A DNA stretch of 63,306 nucleotides, filler included, from Klebsormidium nitens (taxonomy: Eukaryota > Plantae > Klebsormidiophyceae), in NCBI GenBank assembly GCA_000708835.1. It is 8 parts of 8 records of this genome, joined end to end, with 100 filler letters (N's around TTAATTAATTAA, not from the genome) between each part and the next. Parts side by side here need not be neighbours in the genome. Positions count along the whole stretch, not along the records: positions 51,313 to 53,385 come from DF238748.1; positions 53,486 to 57,270 come from DF238547.1; positions 57,371 to 63,306 come from DF238391.1; 5 more parts are not named here. One strand, given 5' to 3'. Made by a program: the position numbers and the translations under genes. Under the pieces are notes generated by a model. The model was not told where the DNA came from. It worked only from the letters and a program-made list of their open reading frames with translations, and searched no databases. Every line of letters begins with the position of its first letter. Position 1 is the first letter of the stretch. Below are positions 51,400 through 63,306 of the stretch, piece after piece.

Positions 51400-53240
51400 T
51401 GATGACGTCACGGCCAGAGCTGTACGGTCCTCCAGCGCCAAGCGCTTTGTCGGGGGCTCCGGTTGATCGCCTTCGGTCTCCGTTAGGTCGCGCTTTTCCC
51501 CGATGTTGATAGTCTCCGAGGGCTGCGCCGGAAGAGGCTGAGGCTGAAGCTGAGGCTAAGGCTGAGGTTGTTCGACCGCTGCGAGTGCAGCTAGCGCTAA
51601 GCACGCCTCCGTTTCTTCGTCTGGGTCAGGTTGTTCCGCCGTTGCCTCGGTAGGCTCCATCACGGGCTCCCGTGATGCGGCTGTTGTTGGTAGAGGTTGT
51701 TCCGCTCCCTCCGCTGCTGCCTTCTGTGAGGCCGCGTCTGGAGTCGCGTCGGGCGCCTTCGCGTGCTTCTGAAGCGCGAAGTCCGGGTGCTGGGCGGCCC
51801 ATAGTCGATAAGGGATCGCTACTGCTCCGTTCAGTGTCGTTGTTGGCTCCGGTGAGGGCTCCTTCTTGGCGTACGGAACGGAAGGGTGCTGGCGGGCCCA
51901 GTCCTCATAGCGTATGGTGGGTACACCTCTGTCCCCTTGCAGTTCCGAGACGTCCCGGGCTCGGTCAATTGTACAAACGAGCGGTGGAGTGCCGGGCTGA
52001 TCAGCGGGTGGGGGGGAGGGGATTCGTCCTTTCCACCAGTCGGCACTGGGCTCGCAGTAGTTGACCGTCGGAGCAGCTTCCACCAGTTCGCCGCCAAAGT
52101 TGGGTTGGTAGGTGGAGAAGACGTCGAGCGGGATGACGTCAGGTTCCCATTCCGGCAGAGGTGGCGCGGCGCAAGCCGTCTCGAAGGATGGCATCCAGTC
52201 GGGGGCCAAGTCGTCCGCGAGGATCATGTTGACTTCTGGCAAAGCCGCCGTGGTGAGCTGTCGCGCGCGCGTAGGGCACACCGGAGAGAAGTGGCCGGGT
52301 CGCGCGCAGTTGAAACACTCGCGCCTTTCGAAGGGCGGGGGTGCTGTTGCGCGCTGGCGCGAGCGCGTGATGTTGAGAACCGTAGGGGCCTCGCCGGTGG
52401 GTAAGTCGGCGGAAGGGAAGCTGGCATAAGCGGGGAGGTCGTCCCAGTCCTCTTCGGGTGGGTCGTGGGTGGGGTGCCGGCTTAGCGGGTCCACGTTGCT
52501 GTGAATGCGCCCAGCGCGGTGTACAACGGTGAAATTGTACTCCATCAGCTTCATGTGCCAGCGTGCCAGCCGTCCGGTGAGGTTCCGCTGCTGATGAAGA
52601 TAGATCAGCGGGTTCTGGTCCACTCGGCAGGTGAAAGTGGGCCCGCCGTAAAGGTATGGTCGGAATTTGACGGTGATGGCCCACACCATCGCCAGGAGCT
52701 CCCCGTCGGTTGTCGAGTAGTTGACTTCGGTGCCATGAAGCGACCGGGAGGCGAAAGCGATGGGGTGCTCTTTTCCGTCGTCGTCCAGGTGGCTGAGAGC
52801 TGCGCCGATTCCATCGGTGCTGTAGTCAGTGTCGACGATGAACGGCTTCACCGGGTTGGGACGAACCAAGATGGGAGCTGTGCAGAGCGCCTTTTTAAGC
52901 GCCGCAAACGCGCGCGCTTGTTCGGGGCTCCACTCGAACGCCGTTCCGAGTTTGGTAAGATGATGCAGCGGCTTCGCCATGCGGGAGAAGTTCGCGACGA
53001 AGTGTCGGTAGTAGCCCACCATCCCCAAAAATGCGCGCACTTCGGAGACGTTGATCGGCGTCATCCAGCTGGCCACGGCCTTCACCTTCTCAGGGTCTGG
53101 CAAAAACTGGTTTTCGCGGACAATGTGCCCGGACGCTCAGCCTCGCTCGCGCCGAACAAGCACTTTGTTGGGCAGAGTTTGAGGTTGATGGCGGCCAGCT
53201 TGGTGAAGCTCGCGTCCAAGGCTTCCGAGTGTTTGTGTAA
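51400..53240 (-). mobile_element. Ty3/gypsy pol fragment: end of RT, RNase H, CCHC knuckle and long Pro/Ala-rich spacer
   Basis: LAAINLKLCPTKCLFG / GHIV..PDPEKV..FLGMVGYYRHF..APIL..PFIVDTDYS..GIGAAL..PIAFASRSL..NYSTTDGELLA..RLARW..HRAGRIHSNVDPLSR. Confidence 0.92.
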
Positions 53241-53980
53241 CGGCGCTAGCTTTCCGAGCCCCTCGCGGGGATCCCCCGGTAGCTATACGCGCGCGGGTCG
53301 CGCGGACTAATGTCATTAACGCGCAGTGCGGCCGCGAGTTAAACCCCGAGCCAGATCCGCCGTCGGATGGCCGAATCCGGTTGAANNNNNNNNNNNNNNN
53401 NNNNNNNNNNNNNNNNNNNNNNNNNNNNNTTAATTAATTAANNNNNNNNNNNNNNNNNNNNNNNNNNNNNNNNNNNNNNNNNNNNTTATTAACTGTATCC
53501 GTGCCGTCGGAAAAAGTTGCTATACAAACTTCCCAGCAAACCCATGTACCGGTAGGTATTACCGTGTCTATCCTACTCGCGTCCATGAATGGAACGCCTG
53601 GAAGACTCTGATATCTGCGCAATATTACATATCAGGAGACGCCATCAACAGGACCGAGCTTCTCGAAAAAGCAGGATTTGCGCTGCTGTGTGGATCAAAA
53701 GCCTTTAATAATAATATATTCAAGTGGTGACTTCGGGTTATCTTTCTGCGCCCGCTAGCGAAGATTTTCTCCGCAGCCAGGCATACTCGAAGGACCTTTA
53801 GCCAGATCCACAGAAATTTTCCGGAAGGAGGCAGGCCAACCCCTCCATCCAGAGAAAGTTGCAAACTATGGGATTTGACCCGCGGACCTTCGGGCCGACC
53901 ACAAGTGGAAGGCACATGGCAGTTGTATCGACCTGCACTCTAGCCAGCTGAGCTAGCCGAGCGCAGAAAGATAAGGGCCA

Positions 53981-55938
53981 ATGATTCGGTCCAAGTCGAC
54001 AATGAACAGCAGTAGCATCCCCAGGAAGCTCTTAGCAGTGCTCGCCCTTGTGATAGGATTCGTTTTGAGTGCTGTGATTGGGTGGAGCAACGGGCAACTC
54101 TCGCATCAGATGAGGTGTTACCCACACAGGTCAGCAGCATTTGTCTGCCTCAAACAAGGCTGGCCGGTTTCTTATTGGTGCTTGCTTGCGTTGTGTTCAC
54201 CGGAGTGCTGTATCTGCTAGATTAATAATACTTGAATAGATTGCAGAGGCTGCTGTAAAATTGCTTGACCTCTCCAGCTGAAAGAGCAACACAAGGGTGA
54301 CAGGATCATGTACAAAGTTATTGAAAATCAGAGGACACTTGGTGACTGTAGTATGCTGGAAGGAGACATGACACGGAGCTAACAAAATTCCCAGTCTGCT
54401 TGGTTCTTCCCTTCCGAAAGGTGTAGTCTTTGTTCTTGTTGGTTGCAAACAAACAGGTCAGGCCCCTTATCTGGGGTCAATAAAGAACTCTTTCTTAGAA
54501 AAGAACCAGAAAGCTACCTTCTTTCTTCCTGGAGGCAAGATATATGATTACTCTTTTTCTTTCACCTGTTCCTCTCATAACCAAGACGATGGCTTTCTTC
54601 TCACAGTTTTGGCACTTCTTTGGAAGAAGGAGCCCCTCCCAGGCTCTTGCTGCAGGGTGTCAATGACCGGGACGGTATGATACCTCTTGAGATCGTACAT
54701 CGAGCATTTAAAGAGAATCGAGCAACTCTCGTTGTCTTGCGCATCATGAAGACCGGCAGCACTGGATTACAAGCAATCTTCTCCACACGAAGCCCGGAAG
54801 AATGCAGCCCGCACCTGCAAAAGGAACTACAATTCCCCAGCGAACCATCACAACGCTGCAATAGGCTCTACAAATTGCTGCACGAGGCCGTCTTTGACAC
54901 CACATGCTTGGACATGCGGGGATGGGACGAGTGAGTACATTAGTTACATCTACCTTTTTGCTTCTTCAGGGTCTCACAGCTGCCAAGTTAGCACTTCGGT
55001 TACCACTGCAAGGCAACTCCTGGCACGTCGCTATGCAATGTGGCCCAGGTTTCCTTCTCTAGAAATCAACGTGAGAGGCAATAAGGAGGCAACATTGTTT
55101 GATGCTGTGTGTAAGCATTAGAGCACTTATCCAGAAAGCAAGATCGTTGCAACATTCACCAATTCTTCGATGTTCCCTGTGCAGCCCAAGATGGATGCAG
55201 CCGGACTGTCTTCCCTTCATAGGGTCCCCTGATTATGAGAGCCGTGTCTACAAGTTAGACCATGGCGAGCAGGATCGAGTGCGCACAACCTTCCGTGGTG
55301 CCCGAATTATCAGTGGGCATGTTGCCTATGGCATTCACCGGATTGGGCACAAGGGCTTCTTTGCTTATTTAACCCAGTTGAGGGAACCCGTTACTCGCAC
55401 TGTGAGTCATGTCAACCACTTCTTGAGAAATGCCCCTCATGCTTTGAACGGGACAACGTGGGAGAAACTCATGTTAGAGCCTAGCTTCTTGTGGTTCATA
55501 AAGAGCAACCATCAGACTCGCCTTCTTTGTAATGAGGGAACACGGGGACGCTATAACGTGGGACCGAAGGGCCAATTTACAACAAGCGACGAGGAGGTCA
55601 CAGAGGTGCACTATCGGTGTGCACTATCTCATTTGCGCAACACCTTCGCTTTGGTGTTTGTAACCGAGCAGTTACACCAAGTCTATCCCCTAGCTTCGTT
55701 GGTCGCTCGAATATTCAATTTAAAGATCAAAGAGCCACAGATTGCGACCACTGTGTTCAATCCAACGATCTATAGCAACGTAACGGTTGCTATTCGAGCA
55801 ACATCCGACATCCCGGACAAAGTACACGAGTACTTAACCGGTTTGAACAAGTGGGACATTCTTCTGTATAAAGAGGCAGAAGTCTTGCACAAAATTTCAG
55901 TCGATAGGCTACGGAACTTCGAAGAGAACTTAGGTTAA
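53981..55938 (+). CDS. Type II membrane (Golgi-type) sulfotransferase-family protein; 3 exons, ~408 aa
   Basis: Exons 53981-54129, 54607-54930, 55185-55938 (phases 2/2, total 1227 nt); N-terminal TM LLAVLALVIGFVLSAVIGW; 5'-PSB-like LRIMKTGST, SGH, 3'-PB-like LREPVTRTVSH, F.LVFVTE and N.WDILLY. Confidence 0.72.
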
Positions 55939-56183
55939 GCATAAACTGTAAGTACACCACCACTGATTCTTCAACAGCCCCACTCGATGTTTCTATACCA
56001 TGATCATTCAGAATGTCCTAGTCGGGTATCACGATAGGAACGTCACGTTGTTTTGGAAGCTAGGGCCAGTGAGGCCGCGCCACACTTGATTCCGATGTCT
56101 GCCAACGAGAAAACAACATGGCAGTCTCTCGGACTCGATAGGGTAGCTAGGCATTGAGTCCGATCGAGACACAATGAAAAACG

Positions 56184-56498
56184 TTGATCTGTAGTCTGTA
56201 TGCCATGAAAGGCTTTAGGGCCCATATGGCAATAGAAACAGGAAGTTGGCAAACGAAAGAGCATAGCGAGCGGATCTACCAAGCTTGCGATAAGGGCGGA
56301 GTAGAGTCGGAAGGACACTTAGTCTTTGATTGCCCCGCTTATAGTCAACTTCGGTTGCTTTTCCATTACCTATTCGAAAACAGGGGAGATAGGAATATGA
56401 AAGCTTTCCTTAAGTTGCAGGAAAATTATGCAGTAGGTAAGTTCTTGCATCTAGCTTTCGAGAAGCGAGCTAGTGTCATAGAACACTTGTCGACTTAG
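56184..56498 (+). mobile_element. 3'-terminal zinc-finger remnant of a second LINE (RTE-X-like)
   Basis: AHMAIETGSW..ERIYQAC..VESEGHLVFDCPAY resembles the H.L.IETGRW..R.C..C..E.E.H.VFDCP.Y tail of non-LTR ORF2 proteins. Confidence 0.6.
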
Positions 56499-57370
56499 CC
56501 GGTCACGGCTCCGAACCGACGTTCATGATCAAATTACAACATGGCTACGGCTTGAGAAGAGAACATCCTTCTGAGTCTAATGGCTTTTTAATTGTGTATG
56601 TTCACTCGGGATGGAACGGATCATTCACCCATCTGACGTTTCTGACCATGTACACCCCCTCAACCGCTTTGATTTGTTGGCATGGTGCCAGCACTTCGAA
56701 CAACATTGAAACTGCATCATGTCAAGCGATGCTAACAACGGGTACGTATCTGTCGGACAGTGTGATACGTCATGTACTGTGTATTTTACACCGTCATGAA
56801 TACGCGAATGTTCTTGAGATCGAATCAGGGTGAAAGTTGGGCGCAGGTAGGCTGAGCCCGAACGAATCAGGATCGATTGCATTACATACGAAGGCCCCTT
56901 TTTCACTCATAGCCAGAACCGTCTTCCGGATCCGGACAGAACAGTGTCACGCACAGTCGCATGACAGCTTTCATGGCCAAATCGTTCGACTCTTTTGTTT
57001 CAACACAAACCGTGCAGGCTTTGTGCTCAATCGCCGTGCGGCCTCGTCTCCTCTGCCGGCTGGGATCGGGAACGGCCACGTGGCCTAATCACTCCCATAT
57101 ATCCCTGCCGACGGTGACTAAGTACGGCCTACTCGATCTCGCACTACTCGCGACATGATGAAAATGAACAAATGTCCCTATTTGACTGAGCCTACTCATT
57201 GACGGCGTGTCGATTCCCTTGCACAAGCTACCTGCGGTGGGTTACGGCCGGGTCAATTTTCGACTCGGACNNNNNNNNNNNNNNNNNNNNNNNNNNNNNN
57301 NNNNNNNNNNNNNNTTAATTAATTAANNNNNNNNNNNNNNNNNNNNNNNNNNNNNNNNNNNNNNNNNNNN

Positions 57371-57450
57371 GCCGTGACTCGGAACACTCCATATACATTG
57401 TGTGAACTTGATTGATTGAATATCACTTCCAACAACGCTGTGTTTCAACA
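57371..57450 (+). repeat. 3' end of LTR family A, inserted antisense into a copia protease region
   Basis: Near-identical to 6109-6188; ends CAACA where the neighbouring minus-strand protease frame breaks. Confidence 0.8.
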
Positions 57451-58708
57451 CCACTCCCCTCGAACATTTCGAGGGTCTCAAATAGATTCTTGTCCCCGGT
57501 TAGGTGTTCAAAGCTACCCGAATCGACGAGCCACTCGTCGATAGACACCCCCTCAATGACACTAAAGGCCACACTATCCGGAGGTATCCCCCCTTCTTCT
57601 GCTCCGGCTTATGCTCCCGCCTATCCGGCTTACTGCACTTCGAGGCAATGTGACCGGACTCCCCGCAATTATAGCATTTGGGCCCTTTGCCCCGGCTCTC
57701 ATCCTTGCCGTGGCCCTTCTCCTTGCTCCCTTTCTCGGCCACATAGGCCACAACGGAGTCCGACCCACCGCCCCTCTTTTCTTTGGGCGACACCTCAAAC
57801 TCCTGCTTATGCACCAAGAGCTTCGGCGAAATCGCATCGACCGAGCTAATGGCGCTCTCTGAAGCCTCCGAAATTGTCCTAAGGAAACTGAACGTCTTGG
57901 GCAATCCCGCAAGCACGCTCCATGCCAACTCATCCGGCTTCATATCAAAACCGGTGGCGACCAAGTCCCTATACAAATCCTTTCCCCGACCCACATACAT
58001 GGTCATGGGCTCACCCAACTTCATCTTGAGAGAATGTAACTCTTGCCTGAGCTGCTCTTCCGTGCATTGCTTTTGCTCTTGTAGGTCATCTCAAGGAGAT
58101 CTCACGAATCCTTTGCGGTTTTCCACTCTTCAGTCGACCCCAAATTGTGGTCCTCAAAATTTAGCCCGACTCTGATGGACAACGCTTTCTTTCATGGAGC
58201 TGGCCCGTGTGCTACAGGACTCCATAGATCTATGGAAGTCAGATTAAATTTCATCTTTGAACTCGACGTTTTATAGTCCTCCACATCCAACTTGTCAATG
58301 TGGACCTTGTATCAGTCAACCACTATAGGGATTGCGTTCCCTTTTTCTCTTTTTCAGGAGCAAAGGTGGATAATTTCCTTCAAGGCTTTCCTTGCCACTT
58401 GAGCCCCCTTACGGGCTTTCAGCTGTCGTTTAGCTCAACGAGCATCAACAATAAAACAGACCGCCTCCACCGATGCCTTCATTAACAAGAGAAAACCATT
58501 GGCCGACCTTGGCGCAGATATTCAATTTTCACCCTATTCAAGGCCTACTATTAAATGCTTGCGTTCTCACTCTTCAGGCGCCGTCGTGCGCCGTGGGCCC
58601 ATAAACTATCGAAACACGGCGATGTTGGGAATGAATGATCGAATGATCAAGTTCACACAATACATATGGAGGGTTCGGAGTCTAGCGGCGCGAAAGCTAT
58701 GTAGTCCG
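57451..58708 (-). mobile_element. 5' part of a copia element: partial 5' LTR (58708-58607), PBS (58606-58594), decayed gag, zinc knuckle and protease
   Basis: PBS GTTTATGGGCCCA directly follows the LTR end; IDKLDVEDY..LW, TYKSKSNARK, LAGLPKTF, CYNCGESGHIASKC, then EWLVDSGSFEHLTGDKNLF after a frameshift. Confidence 0.85.
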
Positions 58709-60219
58709 CTCCACCATCGCCGCAAGGACACATGGCCACTGACCCGAGAGCCATCATCGCCAAACTGCAGCACCTGCTGGCCCTAGGCTACTCCTTGGAT
58801 GCGCCGTCGACCCTCACTGCCCCCACGCCGGAGTCTAGATCAGCACCATTTCCGGTGTTGAATCGGTTCTCTTTGCTTTCATCTCTCTTGCACTGCATCT
58901 TTCTTTCTGCAATTCATTCCCGGTGTGCAATCGTGTTGCAGTGATGTTTGTACTCCTGAGCTTTCAGTAAGACATTGCCTAGACATGCAATTTCCGGGAG
59001 GGATGCTTGTGACTGAGGAGTGACTTGCTTGCTTGCGCCTGAGTCTTTGTCTGTTGGCAAACGGCCCATTGCAAATTTGCAGGCCATGAACCATGCGCCG
59101 TTCCCGGTGCTAAGGGTGCTTGGTCCCCTGTAGGCCTTTCCGGGGCATGCTTCTTGACTTTCTATATAGCGTTATAAGCTGCTCGTTTGCAGGGGGTCTG
59201 GATGACTGTCCTTACCGTGAGAGGCCTCACCAAATGTGGAGCCTCTTCAGGAAATTCGTATAAAACCATCTTGTTTGTGAGAACGGGTCGTTGAGTCTTT
59301 TCAGCGAGGGCCGCGCTCTAGATAGTATTACTCACTCGTACAATGGTAGTGATTGAAGTGTGCCAGACACATGTAGTTTTGATGATAGATAGGAAAGTCA
59401 GGCCCTTCAGAAGTGGCGTTGTGCTACAATTTGTGACAGCCATGCCCGTCGAAGGGGCTGTGCTACTTTCTTCCTAACACTGCAAGGCTGCCTTATGAGG
59501 GCCTTGTACTCGCAACGTTCCGAGAACTGTGTGAACGGATTGGTCAAGCTAGGCTAGTGCTCTCATAGCGACTGATCTTGCAAGTCATTTGACTATTGTA
59601 TTTTTGCAGAGTGCCTCCAAGGAGAATTTTGTAAGACTCTCAACCGAGCCAACGACTTGACACGTGTCCTAAGCATCAGGGTTGACGCGCCTCATCCCTT
59701 GCGCTCGTTTTCACAACGGAACCGTGGGGGCCGTGGCTTTGGACGTGTGGGGGGGGGAGGATGGTCGCACCCGTGACTTCAACCCCAGTAAGCCAAGGAT
59801 ATAGACGAGTATAAGGATACCATAGAAGAGGCAGTTCTTAGCAAGAGAGAGGAGTTGTAATGGCTTAGATGTGGCAAAGTAGACTCCGCTTTTTACCCCG
59901 CTTTTTACATAGAGAGATTGTGAATGAAGCTGGAGATGAAGACGTTGATTGTAATCAAGCAATTGAAGAGAGTCGAAGTCTTGCTGGATAACCAAGATTT
60001 GGCCTCATTTGTCATCACAATCAATTGTACATGCACAACTAGAGCTGCGAATCGAGTCTCCGATTTGAACACCTCCGGCCATTGTGCCTTTGGAGTTAGA
60101 CGATTCCGACAGCATGTCCATCCTAACCATGCAGCATGGAACGGGATTCTTTAAGTGTAACCCGAACGGGCCAAGCATATTGCACTGCGCCAGAATCGCA
60201 ACACACTTAAGTCGGAATT

Positions 60220-60617
60220 TGTTGAAAAAACACGGCGTTATTGGGAATGAATGATCGAATGATCAAGTTCACACAATACATCTCGTGTGTTTGGAGTCAA
60301 GCGGCGCTAAAGCTTTGCCGTCTGTGTGCTATGCTAAAGTCACTCAAGTAGAGTCACATTCCTAGTCTAGGCCCTACACTAATAGCCTGGGTGGGCTCCG
60401 TTGACTGCGGATAAGCAGGTTCGGAAGATTCGCGCCAATCAGAATATCTACGGCTATTATCGAACCTACTCTTTGTGGCAATTACTCGAAAAGTCATTTG
60501 GGTATAATGCTATAAGCCATGCGCAATTAAAAGCCGAGCGCTAAACAATTGGTTATCGTCGAACTCCCGATGACGTCATCCAAGATATCGCGGACACTAA
60601 CTGCCCGAATCTCAACA
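60220..60617 (-). repeat. Complete LTR family A; 3' LTR of the 62330-60618 copia element
   Basis: TGTTG...CAACA termini; preceded on the minus strand by the end of RNase H and a purine-rich GTGTGGGGTAG. Confidence 0.85.
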
Positions 60618-60768
60618 CTACCCCACACATCAATGACTTATACATCTTTTGCTTTTCTTGAACATTCCCAGTGCTTACGCCTTGATCATGATGTCCGCCT
60701 CATGTCCTCCGTTCTATAGTATGCGAATGCGACCTCTTTGCGTGCCACACGCTCCCGTGCAAAGTGAT

Positions 60769-61156
60769 TGTTGAAACACGGCGTTGTTGGGAGTGAATGA
60801 TCGAATAATCAGGTTCACACAATACATATCGAGTATTCGAAGTCTAGCGGCGCTGTTGTAGCTATGTAGTCCGTGTGCGATGCTAGACTCCCAGTATAGA
60901 TCTACACCAACAGCCTATTAGGCTCAATTGACCGCGGATAAGCAAGTTGAATATCTACGGCTATTATCGAACCTACTCATTACAATGATCATCTCAATAA
61001 GTCACTCATTACGGCGATTATCTCAATAAGTGATTCGGGTGTAACGTTGTGATTCCGCGGGCATTTAATAACCGCCAACGGCTGACTATCGGTTATCATC
61101 GACCTCTCGTCGACGTCACCCAAGAAATCGCGCACGCAACTGCCCGAATCTCAAAA
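60769..61156 (-). repeat. Solo LTR family A inside RNase H
   Basis: Homologous along its length to 60220-60617; flanked by GTGAT/GTGGT (5-bp TSD, one mismatch). Confidence 0.85.
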
Positions 61157-61232
61157 GTGGTGAATCACCTCAATGAGCTTCGACCGCTATAAAGTGATCG
61201 GGTGCTTTAGAAGCCGAGTTGACCCTTGGTTA

Positions 61233-61790
61233 TGTTGAGATCATTCCTTCATGCTTGTCACAAGCTAGGGGCTAACCAACCTTACACATAAGCGCGTTCA
61301 CAAAGGAGCGCCTTTCTTCTTTCAAGCATCTGTCAGAATGAATATCATCACATGACATGAGTCCAAAGTCACTTCAGTCCCGTAGCTAGATGTATTCATG
61401 CCTGGTTCGGGTCTACTTCTACCACCCACTAGTCGATTTAAGTATGTGGACTCTTCTTTCCATCAATGGGTCACTCGACTACTCACAATACGGTTTACAT
61501 TCCACTCGGACTTGGGAACCGGGCACTATACTACTAGTGGTCGGTAGTACCGTACTACTAGTAACCGGGGTACTAGACCACTCGAGTCGACTTACATCTA
61601 ACGATCCACAGTCCGAGTCTACACAATCCGACGGTCGACTCAACGACGCAAACCTATAATTCTACGGTCGATATTACGACACAACCACAAAATACGGTCG
61701 ATGTTACCTGACAATACTCACGATCCTACGGCTCAAATCTATCGAGCCTGACTCAACAATTTGGCCGGCAATCAACTCTGTTTCACAACA
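61233..61790. repeat. Solo LTR of a second family (B) inside RNase H
   Basis: TGTTG...CAACA termini; interrupts the (C)DNQG motif; flanks GGTTA/AGTTG fit a decayed GGTTG TSD. Confidence 0.7.
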
Positions 61791-63306
61791 AGTTGTTGAA
61801 GTAGATTTGAACCGCCCCCAGCTTCAACCTGAGATCCCACCTGAGCTTGCGGAACCACAGCGCCTCCTTCATCGCTTGCGCTGCGCTGATGCACTCCGCC
61901 TCCACTGTCGAGGACGCCACCGTTGTCGGCTCACCGGCTCACCGCACCCCCGTACATCTTGAAGGCCACAGTGTGGACCGCTTTGTGTCCACGTCACCCG
62001 CGTAAACCACGTCGCAATAAGCGATGTTAGTCTTTCTGCTCCTTCCAAGGTTACGCTGTCCTCCGCCGTACACGCTAGATAGCGCACAACGCTAAGCGCC
62101 GCCCGTCTGTGCTCCTTTGTCGGCCCCGCCATAAAGCGCGCAAGTGCGCCCACAGCCCCTGCAATGTCGGGCCTAGGGCACACACCTAAGTAAACAAGCT
62201 CTCCACGCACTCAGTGTAGGAAAACCGCTTTTTGTCTAAAGGCTCACCCTCTTTCGTCAATTTGTCCCCCGGACAAGCGTCCTCATTGTAGCCAGTCCGA
62301 TGCCTGCTACCGTCAGTTCGCAACTTTGCAATCCGTCGATCAATCGTAGCCGTCCACTTCACGAACGTCGGAAATGACTCGTGAAAAGGAGGCTCGAGGT
62401 TCCGGACACCTTGAAGTAGTCGAAACGAGGAGCGCTTTGGCCATCACAAAAGCGCCATTTAATTTTGAAAATCAAGCGGGAAGGACCATTTGCAAGTTAA
62501 ATCGTGCCTCCAAGCTGGCATGCACGACCATTGTCCTTCGATGAGGGCGCCTGCAATCTCGGCCGCTGAAAAGCATGGTGCATTGTGAATTTTCGTGATA
62601 AAGAAACGAGTCCAGCCTGTATCAGTCCGAGCTTCCCGCCTTTGCCGCCATGGAGATTTGTGTTGGGGACTTGCAGGACAAAGCTTGTTGGCTTTTGAAA
62701 ATTGAGGCGCGCCAAGACAGCCGTATGGGGGAGGTAGCTAACACAGGGATATGCAGAAGTCCAGCAATGCTCCTTTGGGCACCTTGCATCTGCAACTAAA
62801 AGCTGCCAATAAGGGGGCACGAGGGGGGCGCAGAATGAACGTGCATCTCAAGGGGGTTGGATCCTGCTTGGAACAAGGATTCCAGCGCTTCCATGTCAAG
62901 AAGGAGCATGGGGTATTGGACCACAATGACCCATGGAGTGCATGGCCATGAAGATGGAAGATGAGCGAGGTCTTTCAATGCATCTCCACCGTTGATGGTA
63001 CATTGCAAGGTCGTCTCATGTTTGGAACGTTTCTGCATTGAGGCCTTCATGCGTAACTGATAATGAGGGATGTGGACATTTTAGAGGGTCCTCATGTATG
63101 ATGCAATTGAGGCCTTGAAGTATGGTGCTAGACATAAGCTCATAGTCATAAGCTTATTGTAGAACCCATCGAAGCTCCTCGAGTAGCATCACGCTTTTCA
63201 CTGTTGCATTAATATTCTCCGTTTGTCAAGTGTAGCTCTGCTTAATTTGCAGATAAGGGAATATATCTGATGGATGCTGCACACAACATCGAGGCCATGG
63301 AGTCGG

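Larger units (their letters stand above)
60618..62330 (-). mobile_element. Decayed copia RT C-terminus and RNase H, interrupted by two solo LTRs
   Basis: LVYLGVCPRPDIAGAVGALARFM; TVASSTVEAECI..KEALWFRKL..QIYFN | NQGSTRLLKHPI..RSKLIEVIHH | HFARERVARKEV..ADIM. Confidence 0.88.

Noticed and set aside
57451-57461. AGGGGAGTGG next to the LTR as a polypurine tract of a gag-only element
   Set aside because: It is part of the protease coding frame (..MFEGSG), so the LTR is a nested insertion.
59400-60000. Possible decayed gag with an RGG stretch and knuckle remnant
   Set aside because: Too degraded to support as a feature without a profile search.

Overview
Eukaryotic, intron-rich genomic scaffold with several N gaps; most short gaps carry a TTAATTAATTAA linker. 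A phytepsin-type gene, a U12 intron and the exon style suggest a streptophyte green alga such as Klebsormidium (inference). Five intact spliced genes could be reconstructed with consistent exon phases: ALDH6/MMSDH (+), GPN2 (-, last intron AT-AC), RPL3 (+), a saposin-insert aspartic proteinase (-) and a Golgi-type sulfotransferase (+). There is also a partial EF-hand/coiled-coil gene. The rest is decayed transposon material: nested Ty1/copia elements and solo LTRs, a Ty3/gypsy fragment, a DIRS-like RNase H, LINE remnants and a TIR MITE family. The most notable item is a tandemly duplicated ~1.3 kb multi-exon module at 27.3-29.7 kb (-). Its spliced product reads coiled coil - linker - KSRSLIATLLLRGGVESNPG|P - 72-aa domain, i.e. 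a 2A-like (StopGo) peptide under purifying selection followed by a domain far more divergent than its flanking intron. The ALDH6 gene also shows three independent decayed exon-edge duplications, one a candidate poison exon.
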